From the NCBI GenBank assembly GCA_947623685.1, contig CANQHF010000001.1, positions 19,619-83,618 of the forward strand: DNA of 64,000 nucleotides, in the 5' to 3' direction. A model generated the notes under the pieces. The model saw only the letters and a list, made by a program, of their open reading frames with translations, did not search any database and was not told where the DNA came from. Shown one piece after another: positions 46,629 through 57,810 of this stretch. Numbering within the stretch: position 1 is the stretch's first letter; each line of letters begins with the position of its first letter. Both the position numbers and the translations under genes were made by a program. The DNA is from an uncultured Bacilli bacterium (GTDB lineage Bacteria > Bacillota_I > Bacilli_A > RF39 > UBA660).

Positions 46629-47403
46629 CAGCTATAATTACCTCCTTTGCTAAATTAAGGTACGCCTCTGTCCCACGACTCATAGGATCATAAGCAACAA
46701 TTGGTTTACCATGACTTGGTGCTTCAGTTAATCTTATTAATCTTGGAATCAAGGTATTATATACTCTTTCTTTAAAAAATCCCCTTATTTCTTCAACAAC
46801 TTCCAATCCTAAATTCGTTCTAGAATCAAGCATTGTAAGTAGAACTCCTTCTATTTCTAGGGTTGGATTTAACTTTCGCTGCGCAAGCATAATTGAGTTT
46901 AATAATTGCATTATTCCTTCTAGTGCAAAAAACTCACACTGAACTGGAATTAAAACCGAATTAGCCGCGGTAAGGGCATTTGTTGTTAAAAGCCCAAGTG
47001 ATGGTGGGCAATCTATTATTATAAAATCATAATTATTCTTTATTTGATCAAGTGCTTTTTTTAATTGCATATTTTTTTGAAAAGTTGGATCTTGTTTTGA
47101 TTTTTCAATTAATTCTATATCAGCTCCTGCTAAATTTATCGTTGCTGGAATAATGCTTAAATTTTTAAAATTAGTTTTAATTATAGCTTCTAAAGGCGTG
47201 CACCTAGATAATAATAAATCATATATACTTTTTTCTACGTCACCTTTATTAATTCCAACTCCAGTTGAGGCATTGCCTTGAGGATCTAAATCAACTAACA
47301 AAACCTTTTTATTTTGAACTCCTAGTGAAGCTGCTAAATTAATGCTGGTTGTTGTTTTTCCAACGCCGCCTTTTTGATTCACTAACGCAATTATTCTTCC
47401 CAT
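46609..47403 (-). CDS. parA: ParA/Soj chromosome partitioning ATPase
   Basis: Deviant Walker A KGGVGKTTT; 264 aa. Confidence 0.9.
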   Translation of the reverse strand: MGRIIALVNQKGGVGKTTTSINLAASLGVQNKKVLLVDLDPQGNASTGVGINKGDVEKSIYDLLLSRCTPLEAIIKTNFKNLSIIPATINLAGADIELIEKSKQDPTFQKNMQLKKALDQIKNNYDFIIIDCPPSLGLLTTNALTAANSVLIPVQCEFFALEGIMQLLNSIMLAQRKLNPTLEIEGVLLTMLDSRTNLGLEVVEEIRGFFKERVYNTLIPRLIRLTEAPSHGKPIVAYDPMSRGTEAYLNLAKEVIIADERRNE

Positions 47404-47478
47404 GGCTTCACTTCCTTTTTCTATTTTACTAACAATACCATTCTATCAAAAAAAAGGTATTTTTTAAAGTCTTTCTTA

Positions 47479-48408
47479 TCATTTTTGATTTCTTATTAAA
47501 TCAGCAAACTCTTTTATCTTTCTAAAACGGTGATTTAAACAAGACTTACTTACGTTTATACCACTTTCTAATGTTATTATTTTACTTAATTCTAGTAAAG
47601 ATGCTTCTGGATATCTTATTCTATACGAAGCACTTTCTTTCAACTTTTCATCAAGTAAATCAAACATATCACTTTCTTTTATAAAATTAATTTCAGAAAT
47701 AAGTTTATTGGACGTTGCCATTGTTTTTTCAACATTAGCTTGTTCACAATTATTAAGACGGTTAGTCATGTTTACCTTTTCCCTATAAACTCTTATTTCC
47801 TCGTAATACATAACTCCGTTATACGCTCTTATAAGTCTTAAAAAATCACTTATTTTTTCAGCTTCCTTAACATATATCATATAACCCTTTTTACGATGTA
47901 ATATTTTGCTGTTTAACCCAATTTCATTTAATAGATTATTTAAAAAATTAGCATATTTAGTGTCGTTTATTAAAAACTCTAAATGATATCTAGAAGTTTT
48001 AGGATCATTTAAACTACCAGATACCATAAAAACTCCCCTTAAGTATGCTCTTTTTAACTCTTCATCTGATAACAATGATTCGCTTGGAATCCTAAGTAAT
48101 TCGTTTTTCTCATTAATGATTCCTAAATCCCTTAAAACTTTTAAAGTATCTTTTTTTAATTCTAATACATATATTTCGTTTTTCTTAAAATTATAATTTT
48201 TTCTTAAGGATATATTTAAATTAATATCGTATAAGATTTTAAAAAGTCCAAATATTCTATTCGCAACAAATTTGTTTTCGGTTTGAATCTTAATGTTATA
48301 TATTTTTATTTCTGCGGCCGTTCTAATTATTCCTGATAATTCCGATAAATATTCAGCTCTAGTACATTCTATGGTACTAATTTCTTTTTTTATTTTACTA
48401 GAAAATGT
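47479..48408 (-). CDS. whiA: DNA-binding protein WhiA
   Basis: MTFSSKIKKEIS... start; AYLRGVFMVSGSLNDPKTSRYHLE and KGYMIYVKEAEKISDFL match WhiA LAGLIDADG-like blocks; C-terminal HTH (LNHRFRKI). Confidence 0.85.
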   Translation of the reverse strand, partial: TFSSKIKKEISTIECTRAEYLSELSGIIRTAAEIKIYNIKIQTENKFVANRIFGLFKILYDINLNISLRKNYNFKKNEIYVLELKKDTLKVLRDLGIINEKNELLRIPSESLLSDEELKRAYLRGVFMVSGSLNDPKTSRYHLEFLINDTKYANFLNNLLNEIGLNSKILHRKKGYMIYVKEAEKISDFLRLIRAYNGVMYYEEIRVYREKVNMTNRLNNCEQANVEKTMATSNKLISEINFIKESDMFDLLDEKLKESASYRIRYPEASLLELSKIITLESGINVSKSCLNHRFRKIKEFADLIRNQK

Positions 48409-48552
48409 CATGTTATCACATCCTATTAACAAATTATATCAAATAATGCTTTCTTTTTCAACATATCCAGGTGTTTTTTTGAATGTCATAAAGGAAAAAA
48501 CATTTACATATATAATAAACTATGGTAGAATAAAAACCCAAGGAGGTTTTAT

Positions 48553-48984
48553 ATGTCTTATTTTTATGATATGAATGAATCCAGACTAACAAAAGAAGAA
48601 TTAATTAAAAAAGCTAAAAAAATAGAGCTACAGAAAAACTTAAACGATTTAAAAAAAGATATCTTTGCTGACAAATTTTATTCTATCTTAATTGGAATCA
48701 GTTGTGGCATTATACCTATTACTTATTTTTCTGATGAAAAATTAATTAATTTAGGTAATATACAACCAATTAAAGAATTAATATTTACTTTAGGCGTGCC
48801 AGCAGCAATTGCCATTATATCTTATTTGGTAATTTCACCAGATATTGAAAATAAAAAAATTAAAAAAAATCAAATAGAAAATGAAATAAAAGAAATAATA
48901 GAAAACGAAGAGTTTACTTCTTATTCTGATAGCGACGAAATAAAAGAAGTTAAAACATCTTCAATTAATGAAATAAAAAGATAA
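48553..48984 (+). CDS. hypothetical membrane protein
   Basis: 143 aa with two TM helices; RBS AAGGAGG. Confidence 0.4.
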   Translation: MSYFYDMNESRLTKEELIKKAKKIELQKNLNDLKKDIFADKFYSILIGISCGIIPITYFSDEKLINLGNIQPIKELIFTLGVPAAIAIISYLVISPDIENKKIKKNQIENEIKEIIENEEFTSYSDSDEIKEVKTSSINEIKR

Positions 48985-48992
48985 AAACAAAT

Positions 48993-49907
48993 TTAGATAT
49001 GATTTGTTTTTATCTTTTTTATTATGTTAGTTGCAGCTATTGCACCTTCACTTGTTGCAGTTACAACCTGATATAAACTTTTACTTATTGCATCCCCGCA
49101 AGCATATATGTTATTAACGTTAGTTTGCATATTATTATCTACTATTATTCCCATGTTATCAGTTTTAATCATTAATTCTTCATAATAAGCATTATTTGCT
49201 TCTTGACCTATGCAAACAAATACTGCATCAACTTTTAACTCTGAATCATCATCTAATATGATTTTTTGTAAAACATTACTTTTACCAATAACTTTTTTTA
49301 CTTTAGCATCATAAATAATCTGAACATTTTTCTTTTTTAAAACATCATCTTGCTCTTTTTTATCCGCTCTTAAAACAGAAGAGCGATTAATTACATATAC
49401 CTTATTTGCAATATCACTCATATATAAAGCTGATTCCATAGCAGAATTACCGCCACCTATTATTGCAACATCTTTTTTTCTATATAAAGACCCATCGCAT
49501 ACCGTGCAATATGATATTCCTTTACCTTCATACTTACTAGCATTTATGGCATCTAACTTTCTTGGTATTCTGCCACTTGCTATTAAAATAAAATTAGCTA
49601 TATATGTTCTTTTATTTGTAATTACTAAATACAAATCATCTTGCTTTTCTATTTTTATTACTTCTTCTTTTTTGAAATCAATTTTTAAATCTTCTATTTG
49701 GCTATACATTCTAAAAGCAAGGGTTGTTCCATCCTTATCAATATAACCAGGATAATTTTCTATTTTGTGAGTTATGTTTAAGGTGCCACCTGGGGCATCT
49801 TTTTCTAATATTAAAGGGCTTATTCCAGCTCTTTTTAAATATATTGCAGCACACATACCACCAGGGCCTGATCCTATTATTACAACATCATATTTATTTG
49901 TTTTCAT
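48993..49907 (-). CDS. trxB: thioredoxin-disulfide reductase-like flavoprotein
   Basis: FAD motif GSGPGG, redox CxxC (CTVCDG), NAD(P) motif GGGNSA; 304 aa. Confidence 0.75.
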   Translation of the reverse strand: MKTNKYDVVIIGSGPGGMCAAIYLKRAGISPLILEKDAPGGTLNITHKIENYPGYIDKDGTTLAFRMYSQIEDLKIDFKKEEVIKIEKQDDLYLVITNKRTYIANFILIASGRIPRKLDAINASKYEGKGISYCTVCDGSLYRKKDVAIIGGGNSAMESALYMSDIANKVYVINRSSVLRADKKEQDDVLKKKNVQIIYDAKVKKVIGKSNVLQKIILDDDSELKVDAVFVCIGQEANNAYYEELMIKTDNMGIIVDNNMQTNVNNIYACGDAISKSLYQVVTATSEGAIAATNIIKKIKTNHI

Positions 49908-50697
49908 TTTTACTCCTTTTTTCGTGATAATTTTGACATTTTAATCTTGTTATAATAAACATTATAATTCCAATCACAATCATAATTAATGAGATAACTT
50001 GAGCCATCTTTAAATTACCAAGCATCAAACTATCAGTTCTTAAAGATTCAACAAAGAACCTTACTATTCCATACCATATCAAGTATAAAGCAGTGGTGTT
50101 ACCTAATTTTGTTTTCTTCGTTTTTCTAAAGAAAAATAAAATTAAAAATCCAATAACACAAAAAAATGATTCATATAAAAACGTCGGGTGATAATAATTG
50201 CCATTTATGTACATACCATTAATGATAAATTTAGGAATATGCAGGCTTTGTAAAAAAGATTTACTTACTATCCCACCGTGAGCTTCAGCATTAAAAAAGT
50301 TACCCCATCTACCAATCGCTTGCGCCAAAATAACTCCTGGCGTTGCTATATCGGTCATTCTTAAAACATTTACGTTATTCTTTTTACAATATATGATTAA
50401 GGTTATAATACCAGCGATTATTCCACCATGAATAGCAAGGCCACCATTCCATACCTTTATTATTTCTGATGGATACATTAAATAATAATCCAAATTAAAT
50501 AAAACATAATATATTCTAGCGCCTAAAAGTCCAAAAATAACACACCAAAATATTAAATTTAAAACAAAATCTATTGATATATTAAATTTCTTTGACTCTT
50601 TACATATTAATATACTTGCTATAATAATACCAGTTAAAATACAAATTGAATACCAAGTAACCGAAAAAGGTCCAATACTCATTGCAATCTTATTCAT
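49894..50697 (-). CDS. lgt: prolipoprotein diacylglyceryl transferase
   Basis: 267 aa with the Lgt signature GRWGNFFN(AE). Confidence 0.9.
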   Translation of the reverse strand: MNKIAMSIGPFSVTWYSICILTGIIIASILICKESKKFNISIDFVLNLIFWCVIFGLLGARIYYVLFNLDYYLMYPSEIIKVWNGGLAIHGGIIAGIITLIIYCKKNNVNVLRMTDIATPGVILAQAIGRWGNFFNAEAHGGIVSKSFLQSLHIPKFIINGMYINGNYYHPTFLYESFFCVIGFLILFFFRKTKKTKLGNTTALYLIWYGIVRFFVESLRTDSLMLGNLKMAQVISLIMIVIGIIMFIITRLKCQNYHEKRSKNENK

Positions 50698-50698
50698 A

Positions 50699-51139
50699 TT
50701 ATTTTTTACACCTTTCTATTAGTGGTTTTATTATTAAGTTTTCCATAAAAACATTCATCACACTTATAAAAATAGATACTATTATTGGTGAGAAAAAACC
50801 GGTTAAATAAAAATGTTTTCCCAAAATAAAATCAACTAATAATAATATGATAACATTGATAACAAAATAAAACAAACCTAAAGACATACCTATTAATGGT
50901 AACGATATGGTTACTAAAAATGGTTTTATTGTTTTATTTAATACGTATATAATAATTGCCGCTAAAAAACCATATATAAAATTTTCAACATATAAAGATC
51001 TAAATAAATTTGATGTAATTAGCAAAATAATTGCATAACCAAACATATATATAAGCCATTCTAAAAACAAGTTAAGACGATATTCTATTTCCTTATTATT
51101 AATCTTTTTTTTATTTTCATCTACAATTATTACTTTCAT
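50699..51139 (-). CDS. DUF360/phage-holin-4-like membrane protein
   Basis: 146 aa with 3-4 TM helices, of the YvlD type. Confidence 0.3.
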   Translation of the reverse strand: MKVIIVDENKKKINNKEIEYRLNLFLEWLIYMFGYAIILLITSNLFRSLYVENFIYGFLAAIIIYVLNKTIKPFLVTISLPLIGMSLGLFYFVINVIILLLVDFILGKHFYLTGFFSPIIVSIFISVMNVFMENLIIKPLIERCKK

Positions 51140-51246
51140 TATATCACCAAATTAATTATATCATAACAAGAGCAATTTAAATGAAAGTTTTTGTCTATTT
51201 TAAGTAAGTTTATAGAAGCACTTTGCACTTTTATATGACTTAAAAA

Positions 51247-51771
51247 TTAGATAACATCATCATGATCATCCAGCTTAGTTTTCATAATAATTTTATTTAT
51301 CTTAAAGCCCATTTTTTCATAAAGTTTAATTGCTTTTAAATTATCCTTACAAGCCTTTACCTCTAAGTAACTTATATTATTATTTTTTGACCAGTTTTTA
51401 AAACCATCTATAAGTAATTGGGCCACACCATTATTTCTAAATTCTTCTTCCACATATAAAGCATCTAGAACGCCTACTTTTTTTATTGTAGAATCCCCGT
51501 TATTTTGAATATATCCATAAATATAACCCGCTAGTTTTTCATTACTCTTTGCGATTAGAAGACATACATCTTTATTATCAAAAAAATTTTCATAAAAAGA
51601 TTTTACAATATAATTTTCATTTACGTTCGCATCATACTTTTTTTCATCTTTTATTAACTTTGTTAATAAATCATTAGCGGCCAAAGCCAATTTATAATCT
51701 GCCTTAATTATATCTATACTCATATTTATCTCCTTACCCAAATTATATATTTTAAATAAAACATTTGTCAA
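51247..51771 (-). CDS. GNAT family N-acetyltransferase
   Basis: Acetyl-CoA binding motif (V)GVLDALYVEEEFRNNGVAQLL; the start is probably the internal MSIDI. Confidence 0.7.
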   Translation of the reverse strand: MTNVLFKIYNLGKEINMSIDIIKADYKLALAANDLLTKLIKDEKKYDANVNENYIVKSFYENFFDNKDVCLLIAKSNEKLAGYIYGYIQNNGDSTIKKVGVLDALYVEEEFRNNGVAQLLIDGFKNWSKNNNISYLEVKACKDNLKAIKLYEKMGFKINKIIMKTKLDDHDDVI

Positions 51772-51799
51772 TTATTATCTTACAAAACAGGTATATTAT

Positions 51800-52219
51800 C
51801 TACTTATCTAGCATCTGTTCTACACCAAGACAATAAGCAAACCTTATCAATGTTTCTTTCTTTTTAATGTAGTAATAGCCCAAAGAAAAGCCTAAATTAT
51901 TTGCAATAAATCTATCGTCATATCCATTTTCTTTATCAAGATATGTCCAATATATTATTTTTCTTTCATCAGTAGTAAGTTTATTAAAAGAAAATCTAAC
52001 GTAGTTAATAAATTCTATTCTCTTTTTTCTTTCCACCGGATCAATTTTTACATATTGATTATCAGAATCACCATAGTTAAGTTCATCTAACAAAAAATTT
52101 TCTTTTATATTTGACGTAGAGCTATTATCCACTGATAGACTATAATAAATATATTTATTAATTATTTCTTCTACGTTTTTCTTTGTTTTTGACCACGAAA
52201 TATTTATTGGTTCTACCAT
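51800..52219 (-). CDS. ArpU-like (sigma region-4-like) putative transcriptional regulator
   Basis: 139 aa; C-terminal LTTDERKIIYWTYLDKE resembles the ArpU/phage late-regulator family. Confidence 0.3.
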   Translation of the reverse strand: MVEPINISWSKTKKNVEEIINKYIYYSLSVDNSSTSNIKENFLLDELNYGDSDNQYVKIDPVERKKRIEFINYVRFSFNKLTTDERKIIYWTYLDKENGYDDRFIANNLGFSLGYYYIKKKETLIRFAYCLGVEQMLDK

Positions 52220-52370
52220 TATAACAGCTCCTTTCTTAATTATTTTATCATTTCCAAAGTTATAAAAGTTAATTAAAAAACAATGAATAAATCATAAAAA
52301 AATAAAGTAAAGATTATTTTTATCTCTACTTTATTATTATCCATAACTTTTAAAAATCCCCTTTATTTTA

Positions 52371-55184
52371 TTATTTTAATATTTTTTTTAAATATTCTCC
52401 CGTGTATGATTCCTTACATTTAGCAACTTCTTCTGGGGTGCCACAGCAAACAATATTACCACCATCATCTCCGCCTTCTGGTCCTAAATCAATTATGTAA
52501 TCAGCAACTTTTATTACATCTAAATTATGTTCTATTACGATTACCGTATCACCATTATCAACGATTCTGTTTAAAATAACCAATAATTTTTTTATATCAT
52601 CACTATGTAAACCAGTCGTTGGTTCATCTAAGATAAACACACTTTTTCCAGTTGGCTTTTTTTGTAATTCTTTGGCTAATTTAACTCGTGATGCTTCTCC
52701 ACCCGATAAAGTTGGAGCACTTTGACCTAGTTTTATATAACCAAGTCCAACATCCATTAAAACCTTTAATTTTCTTTTTATGTTAGGCTGATTTTCAAAA
52801 AAGTTATAAGCTTCCTCCACTCTCATTTGAAGCACATCATAAATTGTTTTGTCCTTATATTTTACTTCTAACGTTTCTTTATTAAACCTTGTTCCACCGC
52901 ATACTTCACAAGGAACATATACATCTGGCAAAAAGTTCATCGATATTCTTTTAACACCATCACCAAAACATGCCTCACATCTTCCACCTTTTACGTTAAA
53001 AGAAAATCTTCCTTTTTCATAACCACGTATTTTAGCTTCTTTCGTATTTGCATAAACACATCTTATATCGTCAAATACGCCAACGTAAGTAGCTGGATTA
53101 CTTCTAGGCGTTCTTCCGATTGGATCTTGAGTTATATCTATTACTTTATCAACGTTTTCTATTCCTTTTATGCTTTTATGTTTACCTGGAATAACTCTTG
53201 AATTATAAACGTTTAAAGCTAAAGCTTTATACAAGATTTCATTTATTAAACTACTTTTACCAGAACCTGATACACCTGTTACTAATATTAATTTGCCTAA
53301 AGGAAATTTAACGTTTATGTTTTTTAAATTATTTTCTTTAGCGCCCTTTATTTCAATATATTTTCCATTACCTTTCCTACGTTTTTTTGGAACTTCTATT
53401 TTCTTTCTTCCACTTAAATAATCGCCGGTTAAACTATTTTTATTTTTCATTACGTCTTCTGGCGTTCCACAAGCGACAATTTCACCGCCATGATCACCAG
53501 CACCTGGGCCAACGTCCACCAAATAATCAGCTTGCATCATCGTATCAGTATCATGTTCTACAACTATTAAGGTGTTACCTAAATCTCTCATTTTTAACAA
53601 TGAATCAATTAATCTTTGATTATCTCTTTGATGAAGACCAATTGATGGTTCATCTAAAACGTATAAAACCCCGGTTAAATTTGAGCCTATTTGAGTTGCA
53701 AGTCTTATTCTTTGAGCTTCTCCGCCCGATAAAGTTCCTGCACTACGTGAAAGCGTTAAATACCCTAAACCAACGTTATGTAAAAACTCTAATCTTGATT
53801 TTATTTCCTTAATTAATAATCTTGCTATTTCTTCTTTTTCTTTACTTAATTTTAGTTTATCGAAAAAATCATATAATTTATCTATGTTCATATCAGTTAA
53901 ATCAATTATGTTTTTATTTTTTATTTTAACTGATAACACGTTTTCCTTTAATCTTTTTCCGTTGCATGTTGGGCAGGTAAGTTCCACCATATATTTTCCA
54001 AGCCATTCTCTTATGAACTCACTATTGGTTTCAAAATATCTTCTTTCTAAATTATTTAAAACTCCTTCATATGGTTCATAACTATTCATTTGGTTTCCAC
54101 TTCTGGTTTTAAACTTGAACTCTATAGGTTCTTTTGTTCCGCGAAGAATAATATCCAATTCATCTTTAGTTAAATCCTTCATTTTTTTATTCATATCAAT
54201 TTTATATTTATCACATACTATTTCTAGTTTTTTTATGTAAATATTTTGGTCATCCATTCCAGAAAGTGGTTCTATTCCGCCCCTTATTAAAGTTTTTTCT
54301 TTATCAGGAATAATTAAAGCTTCACTTATCTTTTGTTTAAAACCTAATCCTTTGCAATCTGAACATGCCCCATATGGTGCGTTAAAACTAAAGATTCTTG
54401 GCTCTAATTCTTCCAATGAAAAGTCACAATGTGGGCAAGCAAAAGACTCACTCATAACGATTTCTTGTCTGCCAGGTATTTCCACTACCACTTTACCCTT
54501 TGATAACTTACAAGCAAGTTCAATTGCTTCATAAATCCTACTTTTTGATTCATTCTTTTTTATAACTCTATCAATTACTACTAAAATATTATGTTTTTTA
54601 TTTTTATCTAAATTTATTTCATCACTTAAATCTTTTGCTTCGCCATCTATTTTAACTCTTACATATCCATCTTTTCTTAATGAGTCAAGTAATTCTTTAA
54701 ATGTGCCTTTTTGACCATAAATAACTGGTGATGAAATAATCAATTTAGTACCATCTTCTTCACCCATTATTTGATTAGTCATCTCTTCTATTGATTGACT
54801 TGTTATTGGAATGTTATGGTTAGGACAATATGGCACTCCAATACGTGCAAACAAAAGTCTTAAATAATCATATATTTCGGTTACGGTACCAACGGTTGAC
54901 CTTGGATTATTATTAGTTGTTTTTTGATCAATTGAAATAGATGGAGAAAGTCCTTCTATCGAATCAACGTCAGGTTTTGATGTTCCACCTAAAAATTGCC
55001 TTGCATAAGCAGATAAACTTTCTACGTATCTCCTTTGTCCTTCAGCGTATATTGTATCAAAAGCAAGACTTGATTTACCTGATCCCGAAACCCCAGTCAT
55101 AACGGTTAATTTGTTTTTAGGAATTTCTATGTTAACGTTTTTTAAATTATTTTCTCTTGCACCTTTTACTATTATTTTATTCAT
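52371..55184 (-). CDS. uvrA: excinuclease ABC subunit A
   Basis: Two ABC ATPase modules (GVSGSGKSSL twice), zinc fingers. The start is placed at MNKIIVKGARENNLKN, not the longer ORF-track start. Confidence 0.9.
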   Translation of the reverse strand: MNKIIVKGARENNLKNVNIEIPKNKLTVMTGVSGSGKSSLAFDTIYAEGQRRYVESLSAYARQFLGGTSKPDVDSIEGLSPSISIDQKTTNNNPRSTVGTVTEIYDYLRLLFARIGVPYCPNHNIPITSQSIEEMTNQIMGEEDGTKLIISSPVIYGQKGTFKELLDSLRKDGYVRVKIDGEAKDLSDEINLDKNKKHNILVVIDRVIKKNESKSRIYEAIELACKLSKGKVVVEIPGRQEIVMSESFACPHCDFSLEELEPRIFSFNAPYGACSDCKGLGFKQKISEALIIPDKEKTLIRGGIEPLSGMDDQNIYIKKLEIVCDKYKIDMNKKMKDLTKDELDIILRGTKEPIEFKFKTRSGNQMNSYEPYEGVLNNLERRYFETNSEFIREWLGKYMVELTCPTCNGKRLKENVLSVKIKNKNIIDLTDMNIDKLYDFFDKLKLSKEKEEIARLLIKEIKSRLEFLHNVGLGYLTLSRSAGTLSGGEAQRIRLATQIGSNLTGVLYVLDEPSIGLHQRDNQRLIDSLLKMRDLGNTLIVVEHDTDTMMQADYLVDVGPGAGDHGGEIVACGTPEDVMKNKNSLTGDYLSGRKKIEVPKKRRKGNGKYIEIKGAKENNLKNINVKFPLGKLILVTGVSGSGKSSLINEILYKALALNVYNSRVIPGKHKSIKGIENVDKVIDITQDPIGRTPRSNPATYVGVFDDIRCVYANTKEAKIRGYEKGRFSFNVKGGRCEACFGDGVKRISMNFLPDVYVPCEVCGGTRFNKETLEVKYKDKTIYDVLQMRVEEAYNFFENQPNIKRKLKVLMDVGLGYIKLGQSAPTLSGGEASRVKLAKELQKKPTGKSVFILDEPTTGLHSDDIKKLLVILNRIVDNGDTVIVIEHNLDVIKVADYIIDLGPEGGDDGGNIVCCGTPEEVAKCKESYTGEYLKKILK

Positions 55185-55707
55185 AATTACCACCTTTTTT
55201 CTTAACAAAAACATTTTCTTTAACTTTTTGATAATAATCAAGATATTGTAAATCAAATTCGCGATTAGTTTCCATTAATTTTTTTTCAAAGCGTTCAATT
55301 TCATCACCATTAAGCTTGGTTGTTGAAATATATTTTTTAAAACGATTGTTTGTTAAATTAAGCCCGTATTTTATTATTTCTTCACGCGTTAGCACTCTTA
55401 ATATTTCTATTGTTTGAAAGGCATATTTTTCATAGTCGTAGTATTCGTCATATTTATAATCAAATAACCCGCTTCCCCTTGCAAGGCAAACATCAAAACA
55501 TTCTTCTTCACAGAAATAACGAAAGGTATCTTCCATATTTTCACACATATGAAAGCCATTACCATTATTTCCTGCAATAATTGGCCCAGTAGTTGAATAA
55601 ACCTTACCTACTTCAAAGACTTTACCATAGTTATTGATTAATCCTTTATTAAAACTCTTATATCCTACTAACATATATTTCACCTTTTCTAATATTAATT
55701 CTAACAT
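55177..55707 (-). CDS. hypothetical protein between uvrB and uvrA
   Basis: 176-aa ORF, Cys/Tyr-rich, no family recognised; its stop overlaps the uvrA start. Confidence 0.4.
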   Translation of the reverse strand: MLELILEKVKYMLVGYKSFNKGLINNYGKVFEVGKVYSTTGPIIAGNNGNGFHMCENMEDTFRYFCEEECFDVCLARGSGLFDYKYDEYYDYEKYAFQTIEILRVLTREEIIKYGLNLTNNRFKKYISTTKLNGDEIERFEKKLMETNREFDLQYLDYYQKVKENVFVKKKGGNYE

Positions 55708-55773
55708 AAAATTTCTTTGTTTTATATTTTATCACATAATTTAAAAAAAGGTTATGTAAATTATAACCATTTT

Positions 55774-57723
55774 TTAATTAACTTTCATTTCAAATATTAT
55801 ATCTCGAAGTTCCATAGCTCGCTCAAAGTCTAATTCTTTAGCAGCCTTATTCATTTCTTCTTCTAACTCTTTAAGAAGCTTATCATTATGAATTTCATCT
55901 TTAGTACGTTTCTTCTTTTTATTTTCATCGTCTGAAATACTTACAACATCCATAATCTTTTTCTTAATAGTTTGCGGAACAATTCCGTTTTTTTGGTTGT
56001 ATTCAATTTGAATATCGCGTCTTCTTTTTGTTTCTTCTATTGCCATTTTCATTGAATCGCTTACTATATCACCGTACATAATTACCTTACCACTTGCGTT
56101 TCTGGCACATCTTCCTATCGTTTGAATTAAACTTCGATAACTTCTTAAAAAGCCTTGTTTATCAGCATCTAATATAGCAACTAAACTTACTTCCGGAATA
56201 TCAAGACCTTCTCTTAAAAGATTTATACCCACTAAAACATCATATTTTCCTTGTCTTAAATCATGAATTATTTTAAGTCTTTCTAAAGTTTTTACCTCAC
56301 TATGAAGATAAGCCACCTTAATGTTTATGTTTTTTAAATAAGAAGTAAGTTCTTCTGCCATTCTAATCGTTAAGGTTGTAACAAGCGTTCTATCGTTTTT
56401 TTCAATTTGTTTTTGAATTTCTTCTATTAAATCATCAATTTGATTATTTGATTTTTTTACCTCAATTAAAGGATCTAAAAGGCCAGTTGGTCTTATTATC
56501 TGCTCGGTTACCTTATTATTTACTTTTTCTAATTCTTCATCTCCTGGAGTTGCTGATAAGTATATCACTTGATTTATTTTACTTTCAAATTCTTCGTACT
56601 TAAGCGGTCTATTATCCAAGGCACTAGGAAGTCTAAAACCATAATCAACAAGCATTTGTTTTCTATTTCTATCACCGTTATACATAGCTTTTACTTGTGG
56701 TAATGTAACGTGAGACTCATCTACTACCAATAAAAAATCTTTTGGAAAAAAGTCAATTAAGCAAGTAGGCGTTGCACCAGCTGGTTTTAATGCCAAGTGT
56801 CTTGAATAATTTTCTACTCCAGAGCAAAAGCCAGTTTCTTCAAGCATTTCTATATCATGTTTACACCTTTCACCCAGGCGTTCAGCTTCTAATAATTTAC
56901 CTTTTTCGTTAAAATATTTTAATCTATCATCTAATTCTTGCTTTATGTTAACGATTGCTTTTTTTAATTTCTCTTCACTTGTTACAAAGTGAGAAGCTGG
57001 CATAATTGATATGAACTTTCGATTATTTATAACTGCGCCTGTTAAAACGTCGAATTCACAAATTCTATCTATTTCATCACCAAATAATTCAATTCTAATC
57101 CCATGAGCTTTTTCATAAGCAGGAATTATTTCTATAACGTCCCCTTTAGCTCTAAAAGTTCCCCTTACTAAATCCACGTTATTTCTTTCGTACATCATAT
57201 CAACTAATTTTGATAATACATCATTCCTTTTTATTTCTTGTCCTACTGATAAAGTAAGCATATGATTTTCATATTCTTCTTTATCACCAATACCATATAT
57301 ACAAGAAACCGATGCAACAACTATTACGTCTTTATAATTAATTAAAGAAGAGGTTGCAAAATGTCTTAACTCATCTATTTCATCATTTATTGATGAATCT
57401 TTTTCTATGTAAGTATCACTTGATGGTACGTACGCTTCTGGTTGATAGTAATCGTAATAAGAAACAAAATAGCATACGTGGTTGTTTGGAAATAACTCTT
57501 TTAACTCTGAGTAAAGTTGTCCTGCAAGGGTTTTGTTATGTGCAAGTACAAGCGTTGGTTTATTAACTTCTTTAATTACGTTTGCTATTGTAAAAGTTTT
57601 ACCAGTTCCTGTTGCACCTAGTAAAACCTGATATTTTTTACCATCTTTAATTCCATCAGAAAGCTCTTTTATGGCCTTGGGCTGATCTCCTGATGGTTTA
57701 AAATTTGAGACTAAATCAAACAT
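55774..57723 (-). CDS. uvrB: excinuclease ABC subunit B
   Basis: 649 aa helicase-like protein with Walker A GATGTGKT, the beta-hairpin region, and a UVR domain at the C-terminus. Confidence 0.95.
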   Translation of the reverse strand: MFDLVSNFKPSGDQPKAIKELSDGIKDGKKYQVLLGATGTGKTFTIANVIKEVNKPTLVLAHNKTLAGQLYSELKELFPNNHVCYFVSYYDYYQPEAYVPSSDTYIEKDSSINDEIDELRHFATSSLINYKDVIVVASVSCIYGIGDKEEYENHMLTLSVGQEIKRNDVLSKLVDMMYERNNVDLVRGTFRAKGDVIEIIPAYEKAHGIRIELFGDEIDRICEFDVLTGAVINNRKFISIMPASHFVTSEEKLKKAIVNIKQELDDRLKYFNEKGKLLEAERLGERCKHDIEMLEETGFCSGVENYSRHLALKPAGATPTCLIDFFPKDFLLVVDESHVTLPQVKAMYNGDRNRKQMLVDYGFRLPSALDNRPLKYEEFESKINQVIYLSATPGDEELEKVNNKVTEQIIRPTGLLDPLIEVKKSNNQIDDLIEEIQKQIEKNDRTLVTTLTIRMAEELTSYLKNINIKVAYLHSEVKTLERLKIIHDLRQGKYDVLVGINLLREGLDIPEVSLVAILDADKQGFLRSYRSLIQTIGRCARNASGKVIMYGDIVSDSMKMAIEETKRRRDIQIEYNQKNGIVPQTIKKKIMDVVSISDDENKKKKRTKDEIHNDKLLKELEEEMNKAAKELDFERAMELRDIIFEMKVN

Positions 57724-57810
57724 AAGAACCTCCTTTGTAAATATATTCTAGCATTTATTATATTCAAAAACAAGGAATAAAAAAAGAAAATACTTAATAG
57801 TATCTTCTTA

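Noticed and set aside
50699-52219. DUF360 holin-like + GNAT + ArpU-like genes considered as a prophage remnant
   Set aside because: No integrase, terminase, capsid or tail genes nearby, and composition matches the flanks. Isolated phage-like regulators are common in Firmicute chromosomes.
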